A stretch of 63,754 nucleotides of DNA, filler included, from Octopus bimaculoides (taxonomy: Eukaryota): the NCBI RefSeq assembly GCF_001194135.2. It is 4 parts of 3 records of this genome, joined end to end, with 100 filler letters (N's around TTAATTAATTAA, not from the genome) between each part and the next. Parts side by side here need not be neighbours in the genome. Positions count along the whole stretch, not along the records: positions 28,986 to 41,800 come from NC_069005.1; positions 41,901 to 61,602 come from NC_068995.1; 2 more parts are not named here. One strand, given 5' to 3'. Positions within the stretch are counted from its first letter, which is position 1; the number at the start of each line of letters is the position of its first letter. The notes under the pieces were generated by a model. That model was not told the DNA's origin. It saw only the letters and a program-made list of their open reading frames with translations, and did no database searches. Below are positions 39,170 to 52,729 of the stretch, in pieces. The position numbers were made by a program, and so were the translations under genes.

Positions 39170-40108
39170 NNNNNNNNNNNNNNNNNNNNNNNNNNNNNNN
39201 NNNNNNNNNNNNNNNNNNNNNNNNNNNNNNNNNNNNNNNNNNNNNNNNNNNNNNNNNNNNNNNNNNNNNNNNNNNNNNNNNNNNNNNNNNNNNNNNNNNN
39301 NNNNNNNNNNNNNNNNNNNNNNNNNNNNNNNNNNNNNNNNNNNNNNNNNNNNNNNNNNNNNNNNNNNNNNNNNNNNNNNNNNNNNNNNNNNNNNNNNNNN
39401 NNNNNNNNNNNNNNNNNNNNNNNNNNNNNNNNNNNNNNNNNNNNNNNNNNNNNNNNNNNNNNNNNNNNNNNNNNNNNNNNNNNNNNNNNNNNNNNNNNNN
39501 NNNNNNNNNNNNNNNNNNNNNNNNNNNNNNNNNNNNNNNNNNNNNNNNNNNNNNNNNNNNNNNNNNNNNNNNNNNNNNNNNNNNNNNNNNNNNNNNNNNN
39601 NNNNNNNNNNNNNNNNNNNNNNNNNNNNNNNNNNNNNNNNNNNNNNNNNNNNNNNNNNNNNNNNNNNNNNNNNNNNNNNNNNNNNNNNNNNNNNNNNNNN
39701 NNNNNNNNNNNNNNNNNNNNNNNNNNNNNNNNNNNNNNNNNNNNNNNNNNNNNNNNNNNNNNNNNNNNNNNNNNNNNNNNNNNNNNNNNNNNNNNNNNNN
39801 NNNNNNNNNNNNNNNNNNNNNNNNNNNNNNNNNNNNNNNNNNNNNNNNNNNNNNNNNNNNNNNNNNNNNNNNNNNNNNNNNNNNNNNNNNNNNNNNNNNN
39901 NNNNNNNNNNNNNNNNNNNNNNNNNNNNNNNNNNNNNNNNNNNNNNNNNNNNNNNNNNNNNNNNNNNNNNNNNNNNNNNNNNNNNNNNNNNNNNNNNNNN
40001 NNNNNNNNNNNNNNNNNNNNNNNNNNNNNNNNNNNNNNNNNNNNNNNNNNNNNNNNNNNNNNNNNNNNNNNNNNNNNNNNNNNNNNNNNNNNNNNNNNNN
40101 NNTTTTTC

Positions 40109-40140
<32 letters not shown>

Positions 40141-40179
40141 TCCTTATTTCATTTTTTTCTTTCTATTTCTCTTTCTTTC

Positions 40180-40211
<32 letters not shown>

Positions 40212-41514
40212 TCCTTTCATTTTTCTTTCTTTCTTTCTTTCTAAGAGAAAAAGATGTTTTATATGACACATTCTACCAGTGTCCCAAGTTTGAAAGTGTT
40301 TCGTTAAGAAAACAAGTGGTGCCCGTCAAATCAGAAAGATCCAATTTTGTTTTTTAATCAAGTATTTTGTGGGGTGAAGTGGGGAAATGCAGAATCGTAA
40401 TTTTCCTGTTTCGCAGCATGGATTTTATTTTCTACAAACTCGATATGTTTATTGTTGGAAACAGAAATCCGAAGAAGTTTTTGGAGAAAAAGGAAACGAA
40501 AAGCAGTTGAGGTGCTTATTTGACATAATAGCTGAGTTTAAGTCTTGATAAAGGACATTCCATGCGCAGTAAATGTTAAATATATATAATGATCGTAGTT
40601 TATTTTATTTAGTTCGAATAATGGTGAATACCTCTATTGGGATTGGTACGCAGGAAGTAAATGTTCATAACTACATATCGCAAGCTATTTTGTCTTTCAT
40701 TCAGTCGACTTAGCAGAACTTACTGACGCTGTGAGTTAGGGAATATAATTAAAAGCGGAAGATTTTTATAGTGTTCACCGCAACGGTGTTAACCCTACCG
40801 CGTGTGCGATGGACGAAAACGTAAATCTGATCGATTGTAAGTTTTTTTCGTTATTGAATATTTCTTCTATCATTCTAAACAACATTCTGACTACAAACGG
40901 ACTATATATTTTAAGCTCTGACCTTTCTATTTTGTTATATTTCTGTTTTTATTGCTATATATTGATTTATTGGTAGAAACGGCAACACCAAGCGAAATAG
41001 ATTTTATGTAATTATCTCCCTTAGCGTTTTGATTTCAAATCCGCGCTCGAGGTCAACCCAGCCGTCTGGATGATTGATACCATAAAGTACCTCTTAAATA
41101 CTAGAATCGATATAAGTGACAAATATCTTCGCTCTTCCTATATAAGATATATGATATATCTATATATATATATATATACACATCTTACGCACCAATTTGG
41201 AGGGTCTGTCTTAATGTCCGGTCCGATTAGCAAACTTTTCCTGTTTAAAACTGAAATGTCCCGATTATAGATCAAAGATTGAATTTCTAAGGAATAACTA
41301 AGAATGTTGAAATCAGCCAAGAATTCTAACCATGCTGAGCACAATTTAGATACCGAATAACGAGCATACTCCTTTCATATTTCAGCGGTTTTGTGAGACG
41401 TACTTTTGTCGTTCTCGCGCCCTCAGGTCGCAGGGGGATAGGTTTTGCACTACAAAGACATTTCACTTACCTTTGCATTAAAAATGACCTACCCATAATT
41501 CCTGTGATATGAAT

Positions 41515-41800
41515 GTTGTTGAGCTGGCAGAAACGTTAGCACGCTGGGCGAAATGCTTAGCAGTATTTCGTCTGCCGTTACGCTTTCAGTTCAAATTCCG
41601 CCGAGGTCGACTTTGCCTTTCATCCTTTCGGGGTCGATTAAATAAGTACCAGTTACGCACTGGGGATCGATGTAATCGACTTAATCTCTTTGTCTGTCCT
41701 TGTTTCCCCCCCCTCTATGTTTAGCCCTTGTGGGCAATAAAGAAATAAATATTTAAATTCCTCCAAGGTCGACTTTGCCTTTCATCCTTTCGGGGTCGAT
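41515..41800 (+). mobile_element. Meta/MESC-like tRNA-SINE plus start of a second tandem copy
   Basis: gagctggcagaaacgttagc head, gttcaaattcc B box, and gtcgactttgcctttcatcctttcggggtcgat central domain, which recurs at 41768-41800. The domain name is recalled from the literature, not verified. Confidence 0.85.
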
Positions 41801-42177
41801 NNNNNNNNNNNNNNNNNNNNNNNNNNNNNNNNNNNNNNNNNNNNTTAATTAATTAANNNNNNNNNNNNNNNNNNNNNNNNNNNNNNNNNNNNNNNNNNNN
41901 TTTTTCTTCTTCCCGCGATCCCTTTTGATCCAAATTATCCCCCCCCCAAGAAAAGCTCTACTTTGTAATTTGTCCATTTTCTGTATTTAGCCCTGTGTGG
42001 CTATAATAAAAAGATATCTATCTTATCCTTCTTATTTACCACTCCATGTCTTTTACATTCCTCCCCTCATTTCCAACTTCTCACACAGTAGACATTTTAA
42101 TATTGGCTGTAATAAATTAAGTTCTAGAGAGTTGCTTATCAATTTTCACACCTTGCTAGGCCAGATCTCTCTGGAGA

Positions 42178-42255
<78 letters not shown>

Positions 42256-43169
42256 NNNNNNNNNNNNNNNNNNNNNNNNNNNNNNNNNNNNNNNNNNNNN
42301 NNNNNNNNNNNNNNNNNNNNNNNNNNNNNNNNNNNNNNNNNNNNNNNNNNNNNNNNNNNNNNNNNNNNNNNNNNNNNNNNNNNNNNNNNNNNNNNNNNNN
42401 NNNNNNNNNNNNNNNNNNNNNNNNNNNNNNNNNNNNNNNNNNNNNNNNNNNNNNNNNNNNNNNNNNNNNNNNNNNNNNNNNNNNNNNNNNNNNNNNNNNN
42501 NNNNNNNNNNNNNNNNNNNNNNNNNNNNNNNNNNNNNNNNNNNNNNNNNNNNNNNNNNNNNNNNNNNNNNNNNNNNNNNNNNNNNNNNNNNNNNNNNNNN
42601 NNNNNNNNNNNNNNNNNNNNNNNNNNNNNNNNNNNNNNNNNNNNNNNNNNNNNNNNNNNNNNNNNNNNNNNNNNNNNNNNNNNNNNNNNNNNNNNNNNNN
42701 NNNNNNNNNNNNNNNNNNNNNNNNNNNNNNNNNNNNNNNNNNNNNNNNNNNNNNNNGCTGCCATACCACCACCATGACCTCCACTGCCACCACAACCATC
42801 ACCAATATACAATGAAACATTTCTTTTAGAGACAAATGTGATTTTGAGGGAGATTTCTCTGCTAATTCTAGCTGGCTAAATGACCGTTTAGTGTGACTTC
42901 CTCCTCAGCTCTTTTGGCATGTGGTTAAAAGAGGCTCAAAAGTAGCTAAACGTAAGTAGATTTTAATACAAAAGAAGGTTTCATTGTTGTAAAGAATCGG
43001 GAAAAAAGTGCCGTTTAATTGCCTGATTGATGAATGCTTAATTAGTTCTCAGCGCTATGAGTAAATTATCACTCGAAGGGGGCTATACTGTAGGCTATTG
43101 AATGGATGTAACTTTGGAGTGCTTAACGCTGTAATTGGATACAATATAGAACAACTTATTTATATAAAC

Positions 43170-43670
43170 ACATACACTAACATATAAACACGTACATATA
43201 CACGCACTTCATATACACGTACATATAAATGCACGCTCGTACATACACTCACATACGTATACACTCACGCTCATACATATTCGCACATACGCATACACGC
43301 ACGCTCATGCATATACATACTTACATATACACAAACGCTCATACACTCACATACGTATACACTCACGCTCATACATATGCGCACGCTCATGCATAAACAT
43401 ACTTACATACACACACACACACACACTCATACGTACACACAAATTCATTTACACACACTCTCATACATATACACACTTACATATACATGTACGTTCATGC
43501 ATATACACACATACATATACACTCACGCTCATACATATACACGCATGATCATGCGTATACATACACACACACATACGATCATACGTATACACAAATATGC
43601 ACGTTCAAACATAGACATACATATAAATGCATGCTCAGACATATACACACGCACTCACACCAACACACAT
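43170..43670. repeat. Degenerate CA-rich simple repeat with an internal duplication of about 40 bp
   Basis: acactcacatacgtatacactcacgctcatacatat occurs at about 43245 and 43345. Confidence 0.75.
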
Positions 43671-43679
43671 ACATAAATG

Positions 43680-43820
43680 GCAAACTAGGTGAGTTGATAG
43701 ACCATCGGATAAAATACCATGTGGTAATTGTTCCTGTCCTCTGCGTCATGAGTTCTAATCCAGCCGTAGTCAACTTTGTCTTTCATCCTTTTGGGGTTGA
43801 TAAATATAGTATCAGTGCAG
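43680..43820 (+). mobile_element. Degenerate Meta/MESC-like SINE
   Basis: gagttctaatcc...gtcaactttgtctttcatccttttggggttgataaa. Confidence 0.65.
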
Positions 43821-44631
43821 GGAGATGTAGCGTCTGACACGAGAAAGAGCCATAATAGATACTAAAAACTAATTCCTGCCATACACTAAATGCTTTGGCT
43901 CTTTGCGTTCTAAGTTCAAGTTATTCACATGACCGGAATCTCAACTATCGAAAGGTTATTGGGAACTCACAAAACCAATTTGGCGTCGGTTCAAAAGAAC
44001 TGCATGTATTTGGCAGGTGCGAAAAGATTTGCACTCACATGCGCGCGCGCACACACACACACATACACACACTCACACAATTCTAGATGCTTCATAGATG
44101 TAGGCAATGTATAAAAAAATCTGATTGTAAAAAAATTTGTTCAAATTAACTTTCACAGTCATCTGATAACTGTTAATATATCATCTAGATAGAGTGATAA
44201 AGAGAGAAAAGGAAGACAACGAGGGAGGATGTTATAAAAAAAGAATGAGCGAATTCATACGCAAAGGTTTTTCAAAGACGTTGTCTGTATATCAAACAAT
44301 AGGTAAGTTTACTATACAATAGCATTGTAGCGTTATAAGTTAATGATTCCATCTGTATTTAGTCTGGCTGTGAAATTAAGTCCCCTGAGTGTATTTAAAG
44401 CAGCTTGGGTTGAAAACTGAATCGACCGCTTTCATGCGTTTACCTTTCCTTCCCAAAATGTTGAGTAATAGCAGAATAAGTCTACTTATTGAAATTTAAA
44501 CAATCACGTGCCTCGGTACAATTCATTTAAATAGTGTGACAAGATGACAATAACCGGTCGAAACTAGTTTTATTCTCGAGTTATCCCGTAGAGAAAACAC
44601 TATGGTTAGACCACTGAATGTATCTTGTATC

Positions 44632-45018
44632 TTTCATCTTTTACTTGTTTCAGTCATTGGATTGCGGCCACGCTTGGGAATTGTGCGAAACAGGTTTTGC
44701 CTAAAAAGTCGATTCCAGTATTTGTAATGTTTAAGTCTGGTACTTATTCTATCTGTTTCCTTTGTCTGGAACAGAAACAAACCGACACCAGTTATCAAGC
44801 GATGGTGGTAGCATAAATACAAACACAGAGACATCCACACACACTCACACACACATATATACGATGAGCTTCCACACAGTTTCCCATCAACCAAATTCAC
44901 CCACAAAGAATTGGTCGGTCGGAGCTATAGTAGAAGACACTTGTCTAAGGTGACGCGCCATGGGACTGAACTCGAAACTATGTAGTTTCAAAGCGAGCTT
45001 CTTAACTACACAGCCATG
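44632..45018 (-). mobile_element. Degenerate full-length CORE-type SINE
   Basis: Colinear reverse complement of the 53363 family. Confidence 0.8.
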
Positions 45019-46149
45019 CATGCGTACGAAGTTATTCTCAACATACATACACGCGCGCGCACGCAAGCTTTAGTATCGAGTGACACCCTCTTAGTCCATC
45101 TGGCGTTGCCCTATTCCGCCACTTCAGACATTATTAAGATCAGCTATTGTTGCTTCCTACAGCCACTTGTCATTCAGAGCATTTAGGACGGTTGGCCGCA
45201 TTTTCAGCTTGCCCTCTTCTTCCTCTTGTACAGCTGAGCCAACAGCAGTCCGTTATAATTTCCTCAAACTGTTATTGCCTCTTTCATTCAGTATGTGCCA
45301 AAAAGAATAGTCCTGAAGTCATAAGGTGTAGTTCATTTATTATATGTTGATAGCCAACGTAAAGAAATCAATGTCATCGCTATTTCTTCCTGACGATATT
45401 TCCTTCAACATTTTAATTTTATTTTAATTAACTCAAAAATCTCAACGGTGATGAGATAAGGACGGTGGAAACAGGTCTGGTGTTGCTTGAAGTTTCAAGT
45501 CTGACTGGCGTGTTAGCGACAGATATGTGACGGTCGCCTTCTCAAAAGCCAGTGACTATTTGGGAGTTCCGATTCTACATCTGTGCTTTGGCAGTTCTAT
45601 TCAGCAATACCATTGCCCATCCTGAATGGGAAATATCCTTGAATACGTGGGCAAAAATTCAGAAGCAACTTTTCAACACCTGGCTGGGTAACTGTACTCT
45701 GCAGGTCGCCGTTCATGCTGTCGAACTTCTAAGAAAACGAACATAGAATGTAAGAATATTTCTTAGGCTTAACAGTGAAAGACCAGAAAGACCTTCAATG
45801 TCTCGAAAGAACTCTCTTGTTTCAATAGTGATATCGTTCGCTAGTATAAAAAAAGAGCTCCAAAAAGAAGAAGAACTTTGAGAGACGCACTTTAACTATA
45901 CTTTCTTTTGGAAAGGGTAAAAAGGAAGGAGGGAAAAGAATAGAAACAGCTGGTTTCACTGTTAGGACCAAGATATCGATCTAAGAGATGAGAGTAGACC
46001 CCAAAGTAGGAAGTTTTGATGGAAATTTTTATGTTAGACACGATCGAATGGCTTTAATGTTGTCTTGAGGAAAACATTAATTTCACTGAATTTTAAAATT
46101 GGGAGTCAAATAGCGAGTGACATGAGAATACATCTCCAGTGGACTTGGT

Positions 46150-46570
46150 TGCAGACGACACCAACATTCTTGGGAGCGCTGGAAGGAATATATTCCTCAC
46201 TGCTAAATCGAGATTCAACAACAGCTGAAGATTACAAGGTCCAGGCAACATCCTTTTGGAGTTACTGAAACTAAAAAACAATAAAAAAAAGCTTTTCACT
46301 CTGATCCTGAAGCCACCGAATCTCAAACGAATTTAGCGACGCAGTTATTATCACCATGTTCAAGAAAGAGGATGAAAATCTTAAGGGAATTATCGTGGAG
46401 TGTCATTGATCCCTATTCTGAGAGAAATATATTTGAATTCTTCTAGCCGTCTTTAGAACAACGCAGAGAAAGTTCTCCCCGAATCTCAATGTAGCTGACA
46501 ACTTCACCAACGTATATATAGCTTTGGCCTCACAGTAAATATCAATGAAACCAATGTCATTCCCAACCTT
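46150..46570 (+). mobile_element. RTE LINE reverse transcriptase relic
   Basis: QGPGNILLELLK ... NEFSDAVIITMFKKED / GNYRGVSL ... NAEKVLPESQC. Confidence 0.8.
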
Positions 46571-48379
46571 CTCCGGAGGCTTGTCTTCAATCTCCGATAC
46601 ATCTCTCATTTTTTTTAATCATTTTTGGTCATTTTTTCTATCTTGGATGACATTTTCCCTCTGATAAGGGCATGAACCAACCAATTCAACTTTTGGGAAA
46701 ACTGGCAAAACGAATCTTTAAGAATCATTCACTGAACCCAAAATCCAGATTTTCTCATTATTTGACTGTAATGAAACATGGAGACGTCATCACCGGGAGA
46801 AAAATCTGGTTTATTTCCATCAACCAAAATTTGGCTCAGTGATTTCCTAGGAAAAGCAACCGTTGAAGTAGAGAATCAATCTTGATGAAAACCAGCTATG
46901 ACGGTTCCAACAAATTGTTAGAATGAAAAGAAAAAGAGATTTCTTTGTGGGATCCTCCTCAGTTAATCAACTACTGGGCAAAAATCACGAAAATGTCCTT
47001 CCTACCGTTAAAAAGACTGGGTAATGTCAACTCTTAAAACGGTTAAAGTTCACACGCATTTTTGACATGACCTCTTTTGGGTTGCTTTTACAATATTTAA
47101 GTAAAATAAGCATTCATTTTAACGTTCTAACAATTTTTCTTTCTTTGCAGATTACTTTGTGTCATAGTAGTTAAATTCGTATCGATTGTACCTTTTTAAA
47201 ATGAGTTTAGACCCATTTCAGACACTGCATACTGCGCGAATTCAAAAGGAGCTCTTCAACAACGAAAGCGGCAGGAAATATTTGTACTGAGTGTTTCTTT
47301 ACATCGAAGCTTGAAGAATTTTATGCCCGAGGGATCGTCAATTGTCAAATAAATAACATTATGTTATCAGTACAGAGGGAAAACATTACCTTGATTAAAT
47401 GTATCAATTAATATCGAAGAAACATTTCTTTCTTTCCCATCTTGAAATGCAACAGGTCTTTCTTTCCAGTCTAATATATATATATATANNNNNNNNNNNN
47501 NNNNNNNNNNNNNNNNNNNNNNNNNNNNNNNNNNNNNNNNNNNNNNNNNNNNNNNNNNNNNNNNNNNNNNNNNNNNNNNNNNNNNNNNNNNNNNNNNNNN
47601 NNNNNNNNNNNNNNNNNNNNNNNNNNNNNNNNNNNNNNNNNNNNNNNNNNNNNNNNNNNNNNNNNNNNNNNNNNNNNNNNNNNNNNNNNNNNNNNNNNNN
47701 NNNNNNNNNNNNNNNNNNNNNNNNNNNNNNNNNNNNNNNNNNNNNNNNNNNNNNNNNNNNNNNNNNNNNNNNNNNNNNNNNNNNNNNNNNNNNNNNNNNN
47801 NNNNNNNNNNNNNNNNNNNNNNNNNNNNNNNNNNNNNNNNNNNNNNNNNNNNNNNNNNNNNNNNNNNNNNNNNNNNNNNNNNNNNNNNNNNNNNNNNNNN
47901 NNNNNNNNNNNNNNNNNNNNNNNNNNNNNNNNNNNNNNNNNNNNNNNNNNNNNNNNNNNNNNNNNNNNNNNNNNNNNNNNNNNNNNNNNNNNNNNNNNNN
48001 NNNNNNNNNNNNNNNNNNNNNNNNNNNNNNNNNNNNNNNNNNNNNNNNNNNNNNNNNNNNNNNNNNNNNNNNNNNNNNNNNNNNNNNNNNNNNNNNNNNN
48101 NNNNNNNNNNNNNNNNNNNNNNNNNNNNNNNNNNNNNNNNNNNNNNNNNNNNNNNNNNNNNNNNNNNNNNNNNNNNNNNNNNNNNNNNNNNNNNNNNNNN
48201 NNNNNNNNNNNNNNNNNNNNNNNNNNNNNNNNTATAATAACAAAGACGAAAGCTAACGATATCCTAAAGACCTAATAATAGTTATGTATGTGTTTTTTCG
48301 TGTTTTGTTCGAAAGGTAACCACTCCTGAAGAAGTGCCAAACGTCTAAATCCAATGGACCAGTCACTGGATAAGTTTGG

Positions 48380-49830
48380 CACAGAAATGTTAACATAGAG
48401 TGGTGAATAAATCGATATATCGAATTTGAAGTCTCTGTCTCTTTTGAATATGAAAATTTAAAAGTTTAAAAACCTTATGATATAAATATAAACTGTGAGA
48501 ATGACCCTTAAGGAATCTAACTAATGATCTCCTAAGGTAAGTTCTTATGCTATATTGGTAACGGTTGCTACATCCTCTGGGAAAATTATTATATATATAT
48601 ATATATATATATGCCCATCCATATAATATAAGTACACACACACACATCTATGTATAAAAATAGGTGTATATATGTGTTTGTGTATGTGTGTATGTATATC
48701 TAATATATATCTAACTCTCATTCTCTACTGCCTCTTCTCTCTCTCTTTCTCTCCATCTATATATATATCCCTTGCCACCGCTCTTTCTCCCTCTCTATAT
48801 ATGTGTGTGTGTGTGCGTGTGTGCGTGTGTATGTGTAGTTGTGGTAGTGCTGGTGTATGCATGTATGTGTGGTGGTACTGGTGGCGGTGGTGGTGGTGGT
48901 GTGTGTGTGTGTGTGTGTGCATGCGTGTATGTGTGTGGTGGTGGTAGTGGTGGTTTGAGTGAGTGTGTGTGTGTGTGTATTGATTGAATATTTAGCTACA
49001 TGCTCCCATACCAGTATCCGTGAAACCTGTTAGAAATAATTATATTATATTGCTCCTGTATAGCAGAACAGTCTCCATGATCAAGTTTAATAGCCTTTGA
49101 ATAATGAAACTACACAATTTAATATACTCGATGAAGTGCATCCCAATACTAATCAATAATTATTACCTGAAGCGGTTAATAGGAAAAGTAGGAGATGTTG
49201 TCAAATGAATAAAGTCAAAGGCACAACTCTAGGATACGAGTAACGGTGGTCAACAGACTCTGAACCATTTTGACATAAGAACACGCAATTTCTCATCATC
49301 TATTAAGTGTCTTTAACTCTTTGAATATGAAATCTTGGAAATGATAAATAAAGTAAGCACCATAATGGCTTCAACATAAACTAAATACCAATATTACAAA
49401 ACATTAAATGTAAACGGTTTGCGTTTCCTGAAAATATGTGAATTAGATAATGACATGTAGTCTCAGCTCTTATATTATATCCCTAAAAAACTATAGAAAA
49501 GCTAATTGCTAGAGATATAATGTGATTAGTACTGAACTCGTAGACATCTCTACCAGTTTAAAGCTAGAGCAACGAATAGATTGTTTAGCCAAGTATGAAG
49601 CATACATTACATTGGCAGATCATAAAAATAAATTTGATCTCCACCCTTAACGTTAGATTAATTAATCCATCCAGGAATGAAATTGGATTAATCAGCAAAT
49701 ATAGTTTGAATACTAAAAATGTCAAATCTGGACAATTACTAAGCTCTAATAATGGTATAAAATCATTACCATAGTCAGTCGATTTAACAGTATTTCTAAT
49801 AAAAGTAATTGTAAATTGTAAACTTGCACG
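48380..49830 (+). pseudogene. Possible decayed LRR coding relic interrupted by microsatellite and Penelope insertions
   Basis: Pieces IDISNLKSLSLLNMKI (about 48410-48460), a related ctctttgaatatgaaat at about 49317, and LLSSNNGIKSLP (about 49735-49770). Many stops. Confidence 0.25.
49480..49715 (+). mobile_element. Penelope-like reverse transcriptase N-terminal relic
   Basis: LKLEQRIDCLAKYEAYITLADHKNKF / NVRLINPSRNEIGLISKYSL resembles A(F/Y)ITLKDHK...RLINP.K..IG.ISK. Confidence 0.75.
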
Positions 49831-49989
49831 ACTTCGTCTACAAAATTTTACTCGCCAAGAAATACACCGCACAACAAATCATAGTCACATTAAAACGACC
49901 ATGTAGGCAAAATTTAAAAAAAAAATCCAGTCAAATTAGCCATCCACCCTCGCTACTATGTCTTCCGCTTTTCTCGCCACAACTCTCGT

Positions 49990-50830
49990 CTTTGGGCCTC
50001 GATCTCCATATAGCTCTTGTTTGATTGTTGTATTAAATCACAATACAGTTTGGTAATCTTGGATTGGGACATAATGAACCTTTTTCCATCGTTGTTTGGC
50101 CGATGTTTCCGGGGCCACGCTGGCAGAATGGAGAGATCTATTTTCTCCGACATATTCTCCATAACGAACATTTTTCTAGTTCCAAGTTCATAACTTCAGA
50201 AAGGTTTGTCGATATTCAAACCTATTTTTGATAACTAATTTCTATCTGTGTTAGAATAAACTACTATATTTAACTGCGTTGTTGAAAGAAAACAGATAAC
50301 TTAGATAACTTAGATATGTTTCGGCCAAAGATTGGCGCAAGCCACGTCTAACTTAATGGTATCACCTGATAGGATATGACATCTACAAACTTATAACTCA
50401 TAAATTATTAGCCCATTGTTATATTGTTTCACTATATTATATAGTCTGTTTAGATACTGAACATTTTATATGAATATTTCATATGATTCGACGTCACAGT
50501 CCTAGATGTGTCTCGTTTCTTTTTATTATCAATGAAAATCTCACTATTCAATATTACACACAAGGAGAGAAAAAGAAGTTGTGATCTGGTATAACTTTCA
50601 GCCTCATAATGGAAAACAGACAACCGGTTTGATGAGAAAGTAATGAATCCAATGATAACTGAAGCTTGGATTTTTATTGTTTTCTCTTTTGATCTGATTC
50701 CAGTAACTTACCCGACCAAAATATATTTGATGATCTTCCCAGACATTTTGCAATTTGTTGGAAACACTCCATGCAGTTTTATCCCTGTTGTCACTGGGGT
50801 TACTGAAACGTAATGCTGCCAACATAATTA
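49990..50830. pseudogene. Paralogous non-repeat segment A (probable decayed gene duplicate; product unresolved)
   Basis: Colinear with 54780-55400 (shared 17-mer and 13-mer); about 175 bp extra in the middle. Confidence 0.5.
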
Positions 50831-51168
50831 TATATAATACTTTATCTACAGAAAGTCTATTCCTGCTGTTCGATGTGATTTATTGTGGAAGGTTCTTTAG
50901 GCAATGTTCTGTCCTTGCGTAGACAGTGTTAAACTTTGTCAAGTATATATGTTTTATAATAAATAATGTTTCTAAGTTTTCGTCAACCGACATGGCTGAT
51001 TGGTAGAACGAATTTTCCTGAAACGTAAAGTAGTTGCAGAAGGTACCAGCCAGATAAAGATAATTATACTCTACATAATGTATCGAATCTTTTTCTCATC
51101 ATTATAGATAACGTGAGTCGGAATATGTATACACACACACACACACGCTTTGTGTGCGTATGTATATA

Positions 51169-51401
51169 AAAGGTTGGCAAAAAGTCACCTGACAGTAAAT
51201 CAAAACCATTTAATTCCAAGATTTATTTATATTTAACAATTAAATGAATTTTATAAAAGCATCTAAATATGAAACATCAAGAAAATTGTTCAAACTGAAG
51301 TCCTTCTCGAGCGACACATTTTCCCATTCGAATCAATACAGAATTACTGATAGTGTTTATGGAATTTTGATTTACTGTCGGGTGACTTTTGGCCAACCCT
51401 G
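51169..51401. mobile_element. Tc1/mariner-type MITE (233 bp)
   Basis: TIRs of about 37 bp: aaaggttggcaaaaagtcacctgacagtaaatcaaaa and ttttgatttactgtcgggtgacttttggccaaccctg; flanked by TA on both sides. Confidence 0.9.
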
Positions 51402-51927
51402 TATATATATATATATATACAAACTTGTTACTAGTCCAAATATGATTACAGCATATTCGAACGCCGAAATTTTCTGCGTGACAAAATACGGTGAATGACT
51501 TTTTCATAGGTTTGAATATGCCCCAAGCATATTCTAACTGGTAACAAGTTTGTATTTATACACAATACTGTTTAGCGCTTCTATTCCGTGTATATATATA
51601 TATATATATCATATATTTCTTTCAAATTTGTTTACAGGAAACGTTTTGAATATGCAAATAACTCAACCAGCCTTCTCACTGGTCAAAGGGGATAACAACC
51701 TCCTGTTAAAATCCATTAATGTCATATCGCCTGAAGAAATGAATTCATGAAGATGATGCCCTCGGTTACAACGGACTACACTGTAATCATCCCAGGAATA
51801 CAGACTGTGATCTTAAGAGACATGGGATTTGTGGAAACATGTGTAGCGATTCATTAAATTCCATCCAAAGATCATTGTTATTATTACTATATATATATAC
51901 ATATATATACATATACATGTATATATA

Positions 51928-52729
51928 CGAGGGTAAGTCAAAAATTGTATGCGCTCTTGTTTCTGTAATTTATTGATTTTTCAGTGGTTTCAAAGGTGTG
52001 GATGGCCATATGTGGGTGTGCGTTATCGTGCAGCAATAGCCCTTGACTTGACAATAAACCTGAGCTTATGGTCCGAATTGCTGGTTTCAGTTTGTTGGCC
52101 AACATTTCCCTTTCCCAGGCACTGCCCAGTATAGGCCTTTATCTGTCACCCAAAATGGTTAGCATCACTTTTACAGCAGAGGGTTGAGTTTTGAATTTCT
52201 TTTTCGCTGGCAATTCGGTGTTTCCACTCCATATTCTGCCTCTTGCATTCTGATTTAAAGTGATGGATCCAGGTCTTATTCTCTATGAGTATTATTCTCT
52301 CTATCCTTGTAGCGATCGAGTAAACATTGACAGATCACCATACGATTGCGTTTATGTTCTTTGGTAAGCTCTCTTAGCACCCACTTTTCGGAAGCGAAGC
52401 CTGTCCTGGAGGATTTCGTATACAGAACCATGACTAATTTAAAGAGAGCATGCCACCTCATGGAAGGCCACGCGTCGATTCACCAGGACCATCTCTCAAA
52501 TAGTCGTATAGATTGTTGGGTGACCTGCTCCCTCCTCATGCTTCAAGCTTGTCTGACCATTTAAAAAATTCTTGACCCACGTATACACACTTCAATGCGG
52601 TAGAGCACGGTCTCCATATTGCATTGAAAGCTTGCAATAAATTTCAGCCTCGGACACAACTTCAGAGCAGAGAAATAGGATTACTGATCTCTGTTCTTCC
52701 TTGGTGCATACTATCAGCAAAGCGGCCAT
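51928..52729 (-). mobile_element. Mariner transposase pseudogene with internal deletion and one terminal TIR
   Basis: MAALLIVCTKEEQRSVILFL ... KWVLRELT (WVPxxL motif) ... PAKKKFKTQPSAVKVMLT; ends at TA|cgagggtaagtcaaaaa. Confidence 0.88.

Noticed and set aside
45150-45760. Possible decayed LINE endonuclease region on the minus strand
   Set aside because: Only vague similarity; no diagnostic motif could be read.
47399-48256. Longest ORFs in the track, also 41997-42835, 20771-21385, 19504-20068, 8353-8961, 7215-7661 and 35901-36341
   Set aside because: They span N gaps translated as X.
50300-50345. Minus-strand gccaa-tct-ttggc-cGAAAC, hammerhead-like
   Set aside because: CUGANGA core and stem I not found.
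50660-50720. IVFSFDLIP resembling beta-1,4-galactosyltransferase FVFSDVDLIP
   Set aside because: The DxD motif is absent and the paralogous copy does not keep it; too weak to name.
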